Part shown: positions 1 through 12,853 of the stretch, one piece after another
How the letters are laid out: the number at the start of each line of letters is the position of its first letter
How positions within the stretch are numbered: position 1 is the first letter of the stretch
Source of the DNA: Octopus sinensis
Taxonomy: Eukaryota
DNA: 64,000 nucleotides
Assembly (NCBI RefSeq): GCF_006345805.1
Contig: NC_043009.1
Coordinates: 36,704,001 to 36,768,000 of the forward strand
Reading direction: 5' to 3'
Notes under the pieces: model-generated
Databases searched by the model: none
Told to the model about the DNA's origin: nothing
What the model saw: only the letters and a program-made list of their open reading frames with translations
Made by a program: the position numbers and the translations under genes

Positions 1-292
1 AGTGTCTGATAAATACTTTGTTCAGATGAGGTTTAATTAAAACTCTTAACCCCTCTTGTACTTCTGACAACCACAACAGTTCTCCCCTCCTATTAGTAAC
101 CTACTGCCTGTTCACCACTCTTCACACAGCAATGTGTTGATTTAACCATAAAAGTGAAGAAATGGATGGCTACTTGCCGCCTCAATAGGAGTTGGTGTTG
201 CTGTTTACAAACGACCTGGTGTCGGACACGAGTCCTTTCTTTTTTAAAGATCTTGTTAACTGGCTGTGAAAGCGGTAGGCCGTTAATATCGG

Positions 293-480
293 TTTCAAAT
301 TTTGGCACAAGGGCAGCAGTTTTGAGGGAAGTGGCCAAATCGGCCAAATCGACTCAAGTGCTCATCTCAGTTTTATTGACCTTGAAAGGGAAAATGGCAA
401 AGTTTATTTAGGGTGGAATTTGAACTCAGAATTTCAAGACGGACGAAATGCCGCCAAGCATCTTGCCCAACCTGCTAACA
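293..480 (-). mobile_element. Degenerate SINE family B copy
   Basis: The reverse complement aligns by eye to the family B head and body seen at 1531-1765 (gagttcaaattcc B-box; ctttcatcctttc...gtcgat core). Confidence 0.55.
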
Positions 481-1159
481 GACACAGTCTTGTAGTCTTG
501 GATTTGGTAGTTGATAAAAAGTCTAATAAATTAAAAAATGAATCAAATCCTTCATACAGTTCTTAGAAGTGTAGTATGTTCTTAGCTACATTAGTGGCAA
601 CATGGACTCTTTCCCACTTCTTGTTCTATTAGAGAATTTGAGTAAAATTATATTAAGGCGGGAAACTGGTTAAAAATTCTATTTATTTATTTATGCAGCT
701 GAGGGTAGCCTTGCATTTGAATTGATGTAATGATCGCATTGTTCAATTAAATGGAGTCGCTTGAAACGGTCGTACTGCATCACCTCCTGATATCCTGTTG
801 CTTATTTTGATTACACACACACACATACACACACACACATACACACACACACACGCACACACACACATACACACACAAAACATTGATAACTTTGATAGGT
901 TTCGGCCAGTATAGGCCCAGGCTATGTCTAACTAAATACCACCACCTGGTGAAGTCTTTTAGTCTTATATGGGGCACTATAGCCCACTCTAACAAAGAGT
1001 TATGTTGGAGACATATCCGGGTGTAGGAGGTTGGTCTGGGATTTTATATTTCATTTTTGACTATAGTAGAAGACACGCAGTGGGATTGAGCCCGGAACCA
1101 TGTAGATGAGGAGCAAACCTCTTACCATGCAGCCACACCTGCGCCCTAATGAGTATATA

Positions 1160-1400
1160 TATATATCATCATCCGAGGGTGCTTATTGCCCGGATCGCCG
1201 TGACTCGTTCTCTCCAGTCTGTTTGGTCCGTCATTGTACGTGGGTTGGTCTTCTCGGGTGCACTCGGCGTCCTCGCATCTCTGTTTTATATAGGTACGAT
1301 GTGGTCTATTATCATTTGCGTACTCATACTTTGGTTCCCAGAGAAGAACGTCGCTGATGATCTCATCCTTTGCTCTCCAGCAATGTCCAGCGAATCTTGT
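1160..1400 (-). pseudogene. RTE-clade LINE 3' fragment (ORF2 C-terminus)
   Basis: The minus strand encodes RFAGHCWRAKDEIISDVLLWEP...RPHRTYI, the typical RTE ORF2 C-terminal motif. It ends in a gat/ata simple-repeat tail. A homologous piece lies at 47520. Confidence 0.75.
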
Positions 1401-1530
1401 GTGTGTGTGATTATATCCTGCAGTAATAGACACATTTGTCCAATCCCGATCAAAATGAAAATCATCAGAGTCCCCACTGTGACATCATTGCAAAATCCAT
1501 CCCTGCACTCTAATTATATTCACGCTTCCA

Positions 1531-1981
1531 AAGGCGGCGAGCTGGAAGAAATGTTAGCACGCCGGGCGAAATGCTTAGAGGTATTTCGTCTGCCGCTACG
1601 TTCTGAGTTCAAATTCCGCCGAGGTCGACTTTGCCTTTCATCCTTTCGGGGTCGATAAATTAAGTACCAGTCACGCACTGGGGTCGATGTAATCGATTTA
1701 ATCCGTTTGTGTGTCCTTGTTTGTCCTCTCTATGTTTAGCTCCTTGTGGGCAATAAAGAAATAAGAAACGTTAAGCATGCCGGGCGAAAGACGTTGCCGT
1801 ATTTCGTCTGCCGTTACGTTCTGGGTTCAAATTCCGCCGAGGTCGACTTTGCCTTTCATCCTTTCAGGGTCTATAAATTAAATACCAGTTACGCACTGGG
1901 GTCGATGTAATCGACTTAATCCGTCTGTTTGTCCTTGTTTGTCCCCTCTGTGTTTAGCCCCTTGTGGGTAGTAAAGAAATA
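1531..1981 (+). mobile_element. Tandem dimer of tRNA-derived SINE family B inside one 16-bp TSD
   Basis: Two consecutive units (about 1531-1765 and 1762-1981) each have a GTTCAAATTCC B-box. They are flanked by tatattcacgc(t/c)tcca at 1515-1530 and 1982-1997. Confidence 0.85.
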
Positions 1982-3026
1982 TATATTCACGCCTCCATCG
2001 CAAATAGGTGCAGTGTCTTAGTTTGTTTTTTTTCTTTCAAAAGCTCTATTACTCTCTCTAACTTTAAATCCTCTCCTTCAAACACTCATACGTCGAAATC
2101 GACGGGAGCAACCATCATATAGCAGCGCATACTAAGTAGTTTCGTATTGTTTTTCAGTTCTGAAAACACACAGAAATTGTCTTTGTTTCTGTCTCTCTCA
2201 CACACATACATACGCATATCTCTTTCTTTCCCTCTCCCTTTCGCCCTCTCTCACATGCATACACACTCTCGCCCTTTTCCATACACTCTCACTCACAGAC
2301 ACTCTTACATATTCTCTCTCACACTCTCCTCATCTCTCTCTCTCTCTGATATTTTTTTTTGACATTATATAAAGGCCAGGAAAGACTCTAGACAGGAATG
2401 TAGAGATTGGTAGGATGAGAAGTAGGAAGAGGCGTAAAGGAGAACAAGTCATCTTCCACAGTAGCCACCACCACCACCACCACTACCACCACTACCGCCG
2501 CCACCGCTACCACCGCCATTATAACAATGTAAACTTCAACCATTTCAAAGTTGCTGTTTAGCCCCAGGTCAGCCCAGGAGCTGAGATCTGTAATTAAAAG
2601 CATTCCAGCTGTGACCATCACTTCTTTTATCTCTGTGCAAAGAACGCAGGACATTGTCTATCATATCTGTTTAAAAACGGCATATGATTTGAGGGAGATT
2701 TGTTTGCTATTTCTAATTTCTAGCAAATCGAGAAACTCTTCTTGGCTCAGCTTCTGAATCGTGGTGCCCCAGCATGGCCACGGCCTTCGGGCTAAAACAT
2801 TTTAAAGGATTTTAAGGATATAAAACTATCGGGATGGCGTGTTTGTAAGTTGTTACAGGAGACGTGAGGGATAGGGATATTATTATCATGAAAGGACGGA
2901 AGGCAAAGCTGACTTCGACGGGACTCGAACTTAGAATGTAAAGAACTGCAAGAAAAGTTATTATGTCCGGGGCGCTAAAGATTCACCCAATTCACCTCTA
3001 ATAATGAAAAAATATGTCTTAATTAT

Positions 3027-3192
3027 AGGCGCAGTAGTGGCTGTGTGGTAAGTAGCTTGCTAACCAACCACATGGTTCCGGGTTCAGTCCCACTGCGTGG
3101 CATCTTGGGCAAGTGTCTTCTGCTATAGCCCCGGGCCGACCAATGCCTTGTGAGTGGATTTGGTAGACGGAAACTGAATGAAAGAAGCCTGT

Positions 3193-3235
<43 letters not shown>

Positions 3236-3433
3236 TTGTGTTTGTCCCCCAAGCATTGCTTGACAACCGATGCTGGTGTGTTTACGACCCCGTCACTTAG
3301 CGGTTCGGCAAAAGAGACCGATAGAATAAGTACTGGGCTTACAAAGAATAAGTCCCGTGGTCGATTTGCTCGACTAAAGGTGGTGCTCCAGCATGGCCGC
3401 AGTCAAATGACTGAAACAAGTGAAAGAGTAAAG
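3027..3433 (+). mobile_element. tRNA-derived SINE family A, full length, with central (TA)n(TG)n
   Basis: Head tggctgtgtggtaag...ggttcagtccc (A/B-box-like), central microsatellite, tail ...gcagtcaaatgactgaaacaag. There are more than 10 copies in the window. Confidence 0.9.
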
Positions 3434-4337
3434 TGATATAAAAACCATCTCCGAGTAGTAAGCTACGAAGTTGTTATATTCTCTCGATTTCCTGTAATTC
3501 AGACCATCACATGATCCCAACAGAGGCTGGTGATAATAATGGTGGCGATGAATACAACGATGTTGGGTATAGAGGAAGAGGATGAGGAGAAAGAGATGGT
3601 AGCGGTTGTAGTATTAGTAGGTGGTGGTGACTGGTAGGTATTTGTCAAGATAAAAGGCAAATAAAACCAACCAACCAAATAAAGAATTTTCGTGTCATTG
3701 TGGTGTCGACAAATGAAAAAAAAAGAAAAAAAGAAAAGATTGTTGTTGTTGTTTGTTTGTTGTTTTTGATGCTGTTGTTTGAAATGTGAAGAGCGTAACG
3801 AGTAAACCTGAAAATGATAGTCGTCTGGTCGGCTGCTGCTCTTTTACAGCGTCCCGCAATTAGCGGAGAACCCGGCTATTAAGAAACTTTTGTTAAATAC
3901 TGCGAAAGGGCAAACTATTTGTGGTTAACTAAGGCAACTCAATACCGAAATTTTTTGGTGTCATTTTGTATTGGCACTCATCATTTTGGCGGCATTCGTC
4001 ATCAAACAAATTTCAGGCGCTGACAAAAAAAAAAAAAAAAAAAAAAAAATCCCCTGAAAAACAACGACGTTGCTTAGATGTGTTCGGTTGCTCGACCTGC
4101 AAAAAATATAACAGCTGTATAACCTCAAACCATATTTTTAGTATTTAATAAAAAAAAAAAAAAAGAATCACTGGAAAACGTAGTAAACACAGACTTGGGT
4201 GTAGACACGCACACACACAGACAGACAGACAGACAGACACACACACACACACACACACACACAGAGGCATGGATGGAGAAAGACGAAGAATGAAGAATTA
4301 CACAGCTTAAAATTTTCCAGCTTATAAAATTCCGTCA

Positions 4338-4507
4338 TACCCGTGCCAGTGACACGTTAAAAGCATATGTGCCGGTAACACGTAAAAGGCACCCCGGTGC
4401 ACTCTGTGGAGTGGTTGGTACTAAGAAGAGCATCCAGCCGCAGAAACCGAGCCAAAACACACTAGTCAAACGGTATAACCCATGCCAGCATGGAAAACAG
4501 ACGCTAA

Positions 4508-4538
<31 letters not shown>
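4338..4538 (+). mobile_element. RTE-LINE 3' UTR tail ending in (GAT)n
   Basis: This is the same sequence as the minus-strand tails at 36550-36730 and 38251-38430 (gcatccagccg...ccatgc.agcatggaaa..gacgctaaatgatgat), which are linked there to RTE ORF2 coding sequence. Confidence 0.75.
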
Positions 4539-4539
<1 letters not shown>

Positions 4540-4687
4540 CCATGGACGGAATTTATAGATATTTTAATGTACTGCTACGCATGTTTCCACGAATCACATG
4601 TTTCTTATGATCATAGTTCGTATTTAAGTGATGATTACAGCGCAATCCGTAATATCCATGGACATTGGATGGATTGGGGATACAATC

Positions 4688-4945
4688 TGTTTCTGTTGCA
4701 TTGGTGTCTTAGGTTCCTTAGACGTGATAGTTCTGTGCAACGCGTTTTAGGCATTTGCCTTGGATGCTGCAAATTTCAGTTCGCTTCATCCAACCGTATG
4801 GGGGGAACACTTGGAGAAAAAAGTTGTTTGAGAAAGCAAATCTTTGGATCTGAATTTGTACTATAATTGGTTTAATATAATTTGATTAGTTGCAGAGAAC
4901 CATTGCATCCAAGGAGCCTGAGACACTTATGCAACAGAAACGTGT
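4688..4945. repeat. Decayed inverted repeat (about 60-bp arms), probably an old MITE
   Basis: The reverse complement of 4688-4750 (gttgcacagaactatcacgtctaaggaacctaagacaccaatgcaacagaaac) aligns with 4888-4945 (gttgcagagaaccattgcatccaaggagcctgagacacttatgcaacagaaac). Most differences are transitions. Confidence 0.6.
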
Positions 4946-5097
4946 TGGAATCTTATACGATGGAAAATTTTAAAGATGTATAGTTCTCCATTTTTTATTA
5001 TGTCGTTTTAATAAACTCTGGAATTTTACATGAAATCCTTTCAAGCGAACTCAGGATTTACCAATAGAAAGGAGAACTCAACTTCTTATATGTAAGT

Positions 5098-5148
<51 letters not shown>

Positions 5149-5237
5149 ACACACACACACACACACTCACACACACACACACATACATATGAATAAATAA
5201 ATAAATAAATATATATAAATATAATATATATATTATA

Positions 5238-5355
<118 letters not shown>

Positions 5356-6023
5356 TTTGAACGACTCTCTTATTTTTTCATTCTTTCTTTCTTTCAGCCC
5401 CTTCACTCTTACTTCGTTCTTGCCACTCTTCTTTCTTTCGCTCCCCTTCTCTCACATTTCCTTGCTTTCTCTTCATTCTCACCTTACCTCCTCTTTCATG
5501 TCACTCTCTCCCTTTTTATCTCGTCCCTCCCTAATTCTTCTGTCCCTCTGCCTCTACCTCTCCTTTCTTGGTTCGACTACCATCCGTGCAACATCTATAT
5601 TCCTCTCCATGCCTGTCATCTTTTATGTCTCTGCCGTAAGGCTTTCACTTTCACATACGCCAGCTTAATTTAATTCGACCTTAGTCGAAAGACACCTGTT
5701 GTTATGTCCTGTTATTTGCATTTGTATTTGTGTATCATTTCTCCATTTTTCCATCCTTGTTTTCGTATATATTCGCTGCTTTCTTCCAAGGAATCTAATG
5801 CTCTTAGCTTAGTTTTCCCTTGGTGCTGGCCAGATTGGAGCAATCTCGAGTATAACCAACCGAAATTGCAAAGATAATTTGGAACTCTACTGAGGAAAGA
5901 AAACGTCGAATGATCAGACCGTGTTTTTTCTTGTCGATTTTTTTGTATCATCTGTCTGGATGTTTTGCGTTCTTGTCCCATTTTTTGTATTCCTATATAT
6001 ATATTATATATATATCTATATAT

Positions 6024-6096
<73 letters not shown>

Positions 6097-6230
6097 TAAA
6101 TATATGGCACAAACGAAGTACCGATATTTACTGGAAAATAGCGAACGTAATAATACGACGCTAATGTATAGCTTCACCGGGCTATTCTTTACTGGAAAGC
6201 AATACTCTCGTATTGCATTACTATTTTTAT

Positions 6231-6303
<73 letters not shown>

Positions 6304-6455
6304 CTGTGTGTATATGTTTGTCTGTATTTGCTCCCCCAACATTGCTTGACAACTGATGCTGATGTGTTTACGTCCCCGTAACTTGGCGGATCGGCAAAAG
6401 CGAACGATGGAAGTACTAGGCTTACAAGGAATAAGTCCTGCGGCCAATTTGCTCG

Positions 6456-6558
<103 letters not shown>

Positions 6559-6975
6559 GCACACACACATACACACACATACACATACACACATATATCG
6601 TGTGCACAGATGTACGACAACTGCTGTATGAGTTAAAGCTCAACGTAGATTATTATTATATAATCATTTTCCCAATATAGTGGGTAGTCTGCTACTGTAC
6701 ATAAAAGTGTTAGTAGTGGAAAATGAAATGAACACAAGTATAAATTATTAGCTCCAAGGTACGTTTCCCAAGTGTGATTATTTGGAACTCAATACTAGAT
6801 GTTCCAAGCGCACATGATATTATATGTCTGTAACAGGCTGCGATAAAGTGTTTCCCTGATGATCCATTCCGGTTGGTCATTCAAATGCACTTGGGATACC
6901 CATTGTCATCATTTGAACTATGGTCTTCCCAATTCCATACTGGGTATGTATGTATGTATGCATATTTATTGTATA

Positions 6976-7375
6976 CTTGCAGTATTGCCCGGCGTTGCTC
7001 GGGTTTGTTTCGACCCTTTAGAATTGGAATGTTTGAAAAGTAAAAATTTTGCATTATGTAGCTTATTATTCTCTTTAAGTGAACATTTTTCTGGTTGAAA
7101 TACACCGAAAAATGGCGACACAACAGTAAAAAAATCGTAAAAAATAGGGATTTTCATAGAAAAAAAATACCCTTTTGATGTAAATAATTTTTGGTCTTAA
7201 CATGGTTCGATTTGAATTTTTTCTTCTACGGAATGAGGAGCAAGCCTTCTTCTGTCATACTTTCAATTTTGGTCAACTTGCGCCGCATGGTCTCGGAGGA
7301 GATAGTGCTAGTTGAAGGCTACCAAACCTGCCACACACACACACACACAGACAACTTCAGCTTTATATATGTAGA
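6976..7375 (-). mobile_element. Non-autonomous Helitron
   Basis: On the minus strand it starts with TC and ends with a cccgagcaacgccggg hairpin followed by C(A)AG. It sits between A and T with no TSD and shares its termini with three other copies. Confidence 0.8.
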
Positions 7376-7871
7376 TTAATATGGTGACGGTCTCGTCTTG
7401 TCAGATGACAGTCGTCTCACATTCAAATGATAGTGTGACATCTGTACATCACTGGATTTAAGTGACTAAAGCTTGTACAACCTTTTCGCCACTCTCTCGG
7501 TCGCCTAAAAGTAGGTTCCAGTGACTAGCACTGCAAGATGAGTGGTACTGTTTTGACTGCAAGTTTTATGTCTACCTATCTTTCTCCTAGAAGAGCTTCC
7601 TTCCCTACAGCTTTGCCTACTCTATCCTCTTGAAGGGATCCTGATTGGTACTAGCGTTCCGGGTCAAAATGGACCTGGAAATAATGTAATTGTCCCCCTG
7701 TACAATGACAACATAGGTACAAAGTGTAACGTGTTCTTCCCTAAGGTGGTGTAATTTGATTTGAGTGAGATTTAGTTGCTATTTCTTGCAGGTCGATCCA
7801 CTTCACAGATACTACCTTCTTGGTTAGTGCGTATGTGTGTGTGTGTGCGTATATATGTATATATATATATA

Positions 7872-8072
7872 TTCTTTTATTCTTTATTTGTTTCAGTCAC
7901 TTGACTGCAGCCATGCTGGAGCACCGCCGTTAGCCGAACAAATCGACCCCAGGACATATTCTTTATAAGTCTAGTACTTATTCTATCGGTTCTTTTGCCA
8001 AACTGCTAAGTTACGAGGACGTAAACACATCGGTTGTCAAGTGATGGTCGGGGACAACACACAACACACACA

Positions 8073-8123
<51 letters not shown>

Positions 8124-8250
8124 CTTCTTTCATTTTCCGTCTATCAAATCCGCTCACAAAGCTTTGGTTGGCCCGAGGCTATAGTAGAAGTGAACCCGGA
8201 ACCAGGTGGTTGGGAAGCAGGCTTCTTACCTTCACTGCCACACCAGCGGC
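7872..8250 (-). mobile_element. SINE family A
   Basis: Reverse complement of the 3027-3433 consensus, with a central (CA)n. Confidence 0.85.
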
Positions 8251-8284
8251 TATACGTATGCGTATATGTGTGTCTCTCTCGAGC

Positions 8285-8512
8285 CACGCCTGGCTCATAA
8301 GGGCCGGTCCGTCACAGGTGAGCTGCAAGATGCAGGAGGAAAGAGTGAGAGTAAGTTGTGGTGATAGAGTCAGCAGAAGTTCACCATTACCTTCTGCTGG
8401 AGCCGCGTGGAGCTGAGGTGTTTCGCTCATAAACACAACACATCGCCCGGTCTGAGATTCGAACCCACGATCCCTCGACCGCGAGTCCGCTTCTCTAACC
8501 ACTAGGCCATGT
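8285..8512 (-). mobile_element. tRNA-derived SINE family D
   Basis: Minus-strand head tggcctagtggttagag...gggttcgaatctcag (A-box/B-box). It matches 54412-54695 and the head of 22448. Confidence 0.85.
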
Positions 8513-8516
8513 ACCT

Positions 8517-8560
<44 letters not shown>

Positions 8561-9159
8561 TTACACACACAGATGTGTGTGTGTGTGCATATATTTCTGC
8601 TGTGCATATCTATGTGCTGTATGTTTGTGTATGTGTGTGTGTGTGTGGGGAGGACTGTATGCGTGTGTCGTGTGTACGTTCTATATTTGCATGTTAAGTC
8701 GACGATAAGTGAAAGTATTTAGTATTGTAATGTCAAATTGAGATGGAATGTCTGTGTCCATTAAAAATGGAGGTGTGAATTCACAGTCTTAGCTTGGGGT
8801 CAACTGGAATGGCGGAATTAGCTTAATGATCTTGCAACACTCTCACTTCATTTCGCCACCAACGCAATAATTGCGGTATATTTGTAGTAGTAGCGATGGT
8901 GTTGGCGGCGGTGGTGAATTTATTGTTGGAGATGATGATGCTAGTGATGATGATGGTAATGGTAATGGCGATGGTGCTAATGTTGGTGATGGTAGTAGTG
9001 ATGAAGGTGGTAGTGTGATGATGGTGGTGTTGGTAATTGTGGTGGTGATGATGATGACGGCGATGGTGGTAGCGGTTGTAACAGTGGTGATTGTGGTAAT
9101 GGTTGACATTATCTTCAAGTTTCGTTTATTTTTTTCTTCTGGAATTAAAGTTGATGTAG

Positions 9160-9230
<71 letters not shown>

Positions 9231-9296
9231 AAGATAGACCGCTACATAGATAGATAGGTAGCTACGTAGATATGTAGATATGTAGATATATATATA

Positions 9297-9566
9297 GGGA
9301 GAGTTTACGAAAAAAACAAAAGACGAAGACAGGTGGTGTACAAAACAAACAGATGTATTAGTATAACGCTCCGGAATAGAAAAAGTCTTTTACGTTTCGA
9401 GACTACGCTCTTCTACAGAAAGGGACACAGAAAAAACAAGGAGAGAAACAAAGAGAGAAAAAAAAGAGAGAAAAAAACAAGGAGAGAAAAAAAAGGAGAG
9501 AAAAAAAAGGAGAGAAAAAAAGGAGAGAAAAAATGTGTGTAGTGGCTAACGATCTATCATGGCGAC
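9297..9566 (-). mobile_element. Short PLE-pLTR-like repeat carrying a variant hammerhead motif (copy 1 of 4)
   Basis: Homologous to 21785-21936, 48405-48603 and 50268-50448. Minus strand 9387-9422 reads CTTT CTGTAGA A GAG cgtagt CTC GAAA CG TA AAAG. Confidence 0.7.
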
Positions 9567-10001
9567 TGTTCATATATATATATGAACATTAAGAGAGAAA
9601 AGGGAGAGAAAGAAAGGATAAAAGAATAGAGAAAGATAAAACAGGGGAAGAGAGCAAGAGAAAGAGAGCGAGAAAGAGATGAAAAAGAGAAAGAAGATTG
9701 CATTGAGAACGGTAAAACCTCTGATGCAGGCAAAATAATCTGCGTTTATTAGCGATGAAATAGGAAGAAAATAAACGCAGAGGGTAATGCAAAGTTAGAG
9801 GCGACGGAAAACAAAACTTAAGTTAAAATGGGCTTAAATAGAAAATTTTTCATCAGCTCTGGACCTCGAGGTCATGGCGATTTCGACACCTCAGGACAGT
9901 ATAGCTATCTGCAGCAGTGGTAGTAGCTTGAAAGAGGAGTACCACTGAGTGGGTGGAGTAGCATAGTATATGTATAATTCCAATTCATGTCTATCTATCT
10001 G

Positions 10002-10144
<143 letters not shown>

Positions 10145-10166
10145 GTCTGTCTACATACATACATAT

Positions 10167-10204
<38 letters not shown>

Positions 10205-10254
10205 TATATATATTATATATATATATATATATGCATATATATATGTGTGTGTGT

Positions 10255-10470
10255 GTGTGTATATGTTTGTGTGTCTGTGTTTGTCCCCCTAGCATTGCTT
10301 GACAACCGATGCTAGTGTGTTTACGTCCCCGTCACTTAGCGGTTCGGCAAAAGAGACCGATAGAATAAGTACTGGGCTTACAAAGAATAAGTCCCGGGGT
10401 CGATTTGCTCGACTAAAGGCGGTGCTCCAGCATGGCCGCAGTCAAATGACTGAAACAAGTAAAAAGAGTA
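10255..10470 (+). mobile_element. SINE family A, 3' half
   Basis: Near-identical to 3235-3430. A similar 3' half lies at about 6300-6456. Confidence 0.85.
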
Positions 10471-11257
10471 TATATATATTCATGTATATATATATATACA
10501 CCTTGCAGTTGCTGTTTCAGCTCTTTACGATCTCTGTTTAGAGCCCACCAAAGCCGGCTTTACTTTTCATCCTTTTAGTGTTTATGAAACAAAGCAGCAA
10601 GGCCCCAGTCAAGCTCGGCTTTACTTCGCTCCATCTCCAATTTTTAGCCTCTTACCAACATGAGAACCATCATTATTTTGTGTCTTTATCGAATGTTTTA
10701 TATATGTTTTTTGAAAAATCTCCCAAAGAAGAAGAGATCTTGACATCTTCTTGGATTAGAAAGATCGAGAATTGAAGTCCCCTAGAGGACAGAACACGCA
10801 ACTTAAAAGAAGGTCCGAGCCAGTTAGGGGGCCTCTAGCAGTTGCCCGACTTGCTATACAAGTTGCAACCAAACCCACCTCAAAGCACACCATACCCTCT
10901 TGACGGAGGGATATAATGGACATACTGTGTGAATGATAAATGAAATGCTTTTGCCTTCTTGGTCAGTGCTGAGCGGAGGCTAAACCGCAACAACGACGAC
11001 AACGACGACAACAATTTGAATGAGTTAAATGTTTTCGATGCGGGATGAGAGATGGTCTTTTGCCACTTCATACTTCAGAAACAACACTTGTTTCCTTTGT
11101 CAAGAAATGGGTTCTATACAAAAAAAAAAAAAAAAAAATTGTGAAACAAGAAGTTCATGCTATTCCTTCGTAAATGTATTAACGGTATCAATGAAATGAA
11201 AGAGAAATGGTTTCATCTAGAAGTGAAATCAAACTCATGGTTTTGATTCCTCTAGAG

Positions 11258-11460
11258 CAGGGGTTCCTAACTGGTGGCTCCCGAAACCCTGGGGGTCGCG
11301 AAGCCTTGGCAGGTGGGGTGGGGGGAGTCGCGTAGCCTTGCTAGAAGTAGCTTGGGATAATATTGATTAATTAAGATGTAAATCAAGCTGGTGATAGTAG
11401 GGGGTCGCACGGGTTTCAAGGTAAGGGGTCGCGAGTGCAAAAAAACGCTGGGAACCGCTG
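11258..11460. mobile_element. hAT (Charlie-type) MITE, 203 bp
   Basis: TIRs CAGGGGTTCCTAAC / CAGCGGTTCCCAGC. A perfect 8-bp TSD CTCTAGAG at 11250-11257 and 11461-11468 matches the NTCTAGAN target of Charlie-type hATs. Confidence 0.9.
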
Positions 11461-11989
11461 CTCTAGAGTTTATGGCTTTGTACAACAGTCATTCATAGAT
11501 ATTTATAGAGGTCACGAACTAACACCGGAGACTGCATATGGTAGTGAGACATACAAGCTAAATATCCTTCAAATCACGAACACGTACACACACACACACA
11601 TTCCCATTACTGCCTTAAAGAAGACACATTTAATAATGATGTTTGCTACGGCCGAAATATTTTTGACTGCCGATCTGCTCGATTAGAATTAACCTGGAGC
11701 TTGTTTTTTTTTTTTGTTGCTTTATCAGGTGGAGAAGGGACGGGACAATGCCTGTGACATTTTGCAGGGCATCTGGGACAGGTGGGAAAGAGAGAGGGTT
11801 GTACATTGGTTCATGAACAGAGGTGCAAGCACATCTCCAAATATTGGTCGGGAGGGGATGGGGGTCAGTGCAAACGCTTTGGTACATTCTCCTGAAAAAC
11901 TTAATCGCTAAAAAGAACGAAGGTAGAAACAATTTTGGACTGATTTGAAAATATTACTTTTCCATTATTGGATTTATCTAATTTGATTA

Positions 11990-12192
11990 ATCTTTTACTT
12001 ATTTCAGTCATTTGACTGCAGCCATGCTGGGGCACCGCTTTGAAGAGTGGTTTTAATCGAACAAATCGACCCCAGGACTTACTTTTTTGAGGCTTAGTAG
12101 TTCTCTTTTTGCTGAGCCGTTAAGTTATGAAGACGTAAACATACGAAGAACTGTTGTCAGACGGTGGTGGTGAGACAAACACTGACACAAAT

Positions 12193-12243
<51 letters not shown>

Positions 12244-12263
12244 TACACAAATATATTTATGCA

Positions 12264-12310
<47 letters not shown>

Positions 12311-12372
12311 GACATGCTTCCTTCAGTTTCCTTCAACCAAATCCACTCACAAGGCTTTGGTCTACTCGATGC
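11990..12372 (-). mobile_element. SINE family A (5'-truncated)
   Basis: Reverse complement of the family A tail and middle, with a central (CA)n(TA)n. Confidence 0.75.
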
Positions 12373-12644
12373 TATATCATCATCAACGCAAAAGCCTCTC
12401 TGCTTACAAGAGAGTGAACCCTGTCAAAGACATTCAAAATGTCAGGTGGTGTTGTCAACACAAGGTTGGGTGACAAAATTTAGTGTACAACACAAGTAGA
12501 CCATGACGGCGTTTGAACACAGAACACAAAGATACCGAAGAAAAACTGCAATATTTCTTCGTCTGATGCTCCATCATTCCAACGCGCTAGATTGGTACAA
12601 ATCTTCATCATCATCATCGTCGTCGTTATCATCATCATCATCAA

Positions 12645-12697
<53 letters not shown>

Positions 12698-12795
12698 ACA
12701 TCATCATCATCATCATCAACATCGTCGTCGTCGATGTCGTCACCAGTCGTCAGTGTCATTGTAAGCAACAAAAACAAGAGCTCTTGAACGGACAT

Positions 12796-12853
<58 letters not shown>

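Noticed and set aside
4369-4866. 165-aa ORF with a complex-looking C-terminal half
   Set aside because: The first half is an RTE 3' tail plus (GAT)n and the second half overlaps a decayed inverted repeat. There is no recognisable domain.
8400-8512. tRNA-like sequences at SINE heads (also 15459, 22448, 54600)
   Set aside because: They have A/B boxes but no complete cloverleaf, and they continue into SINE bodies, so they are SINE heads and not tRNA genes.
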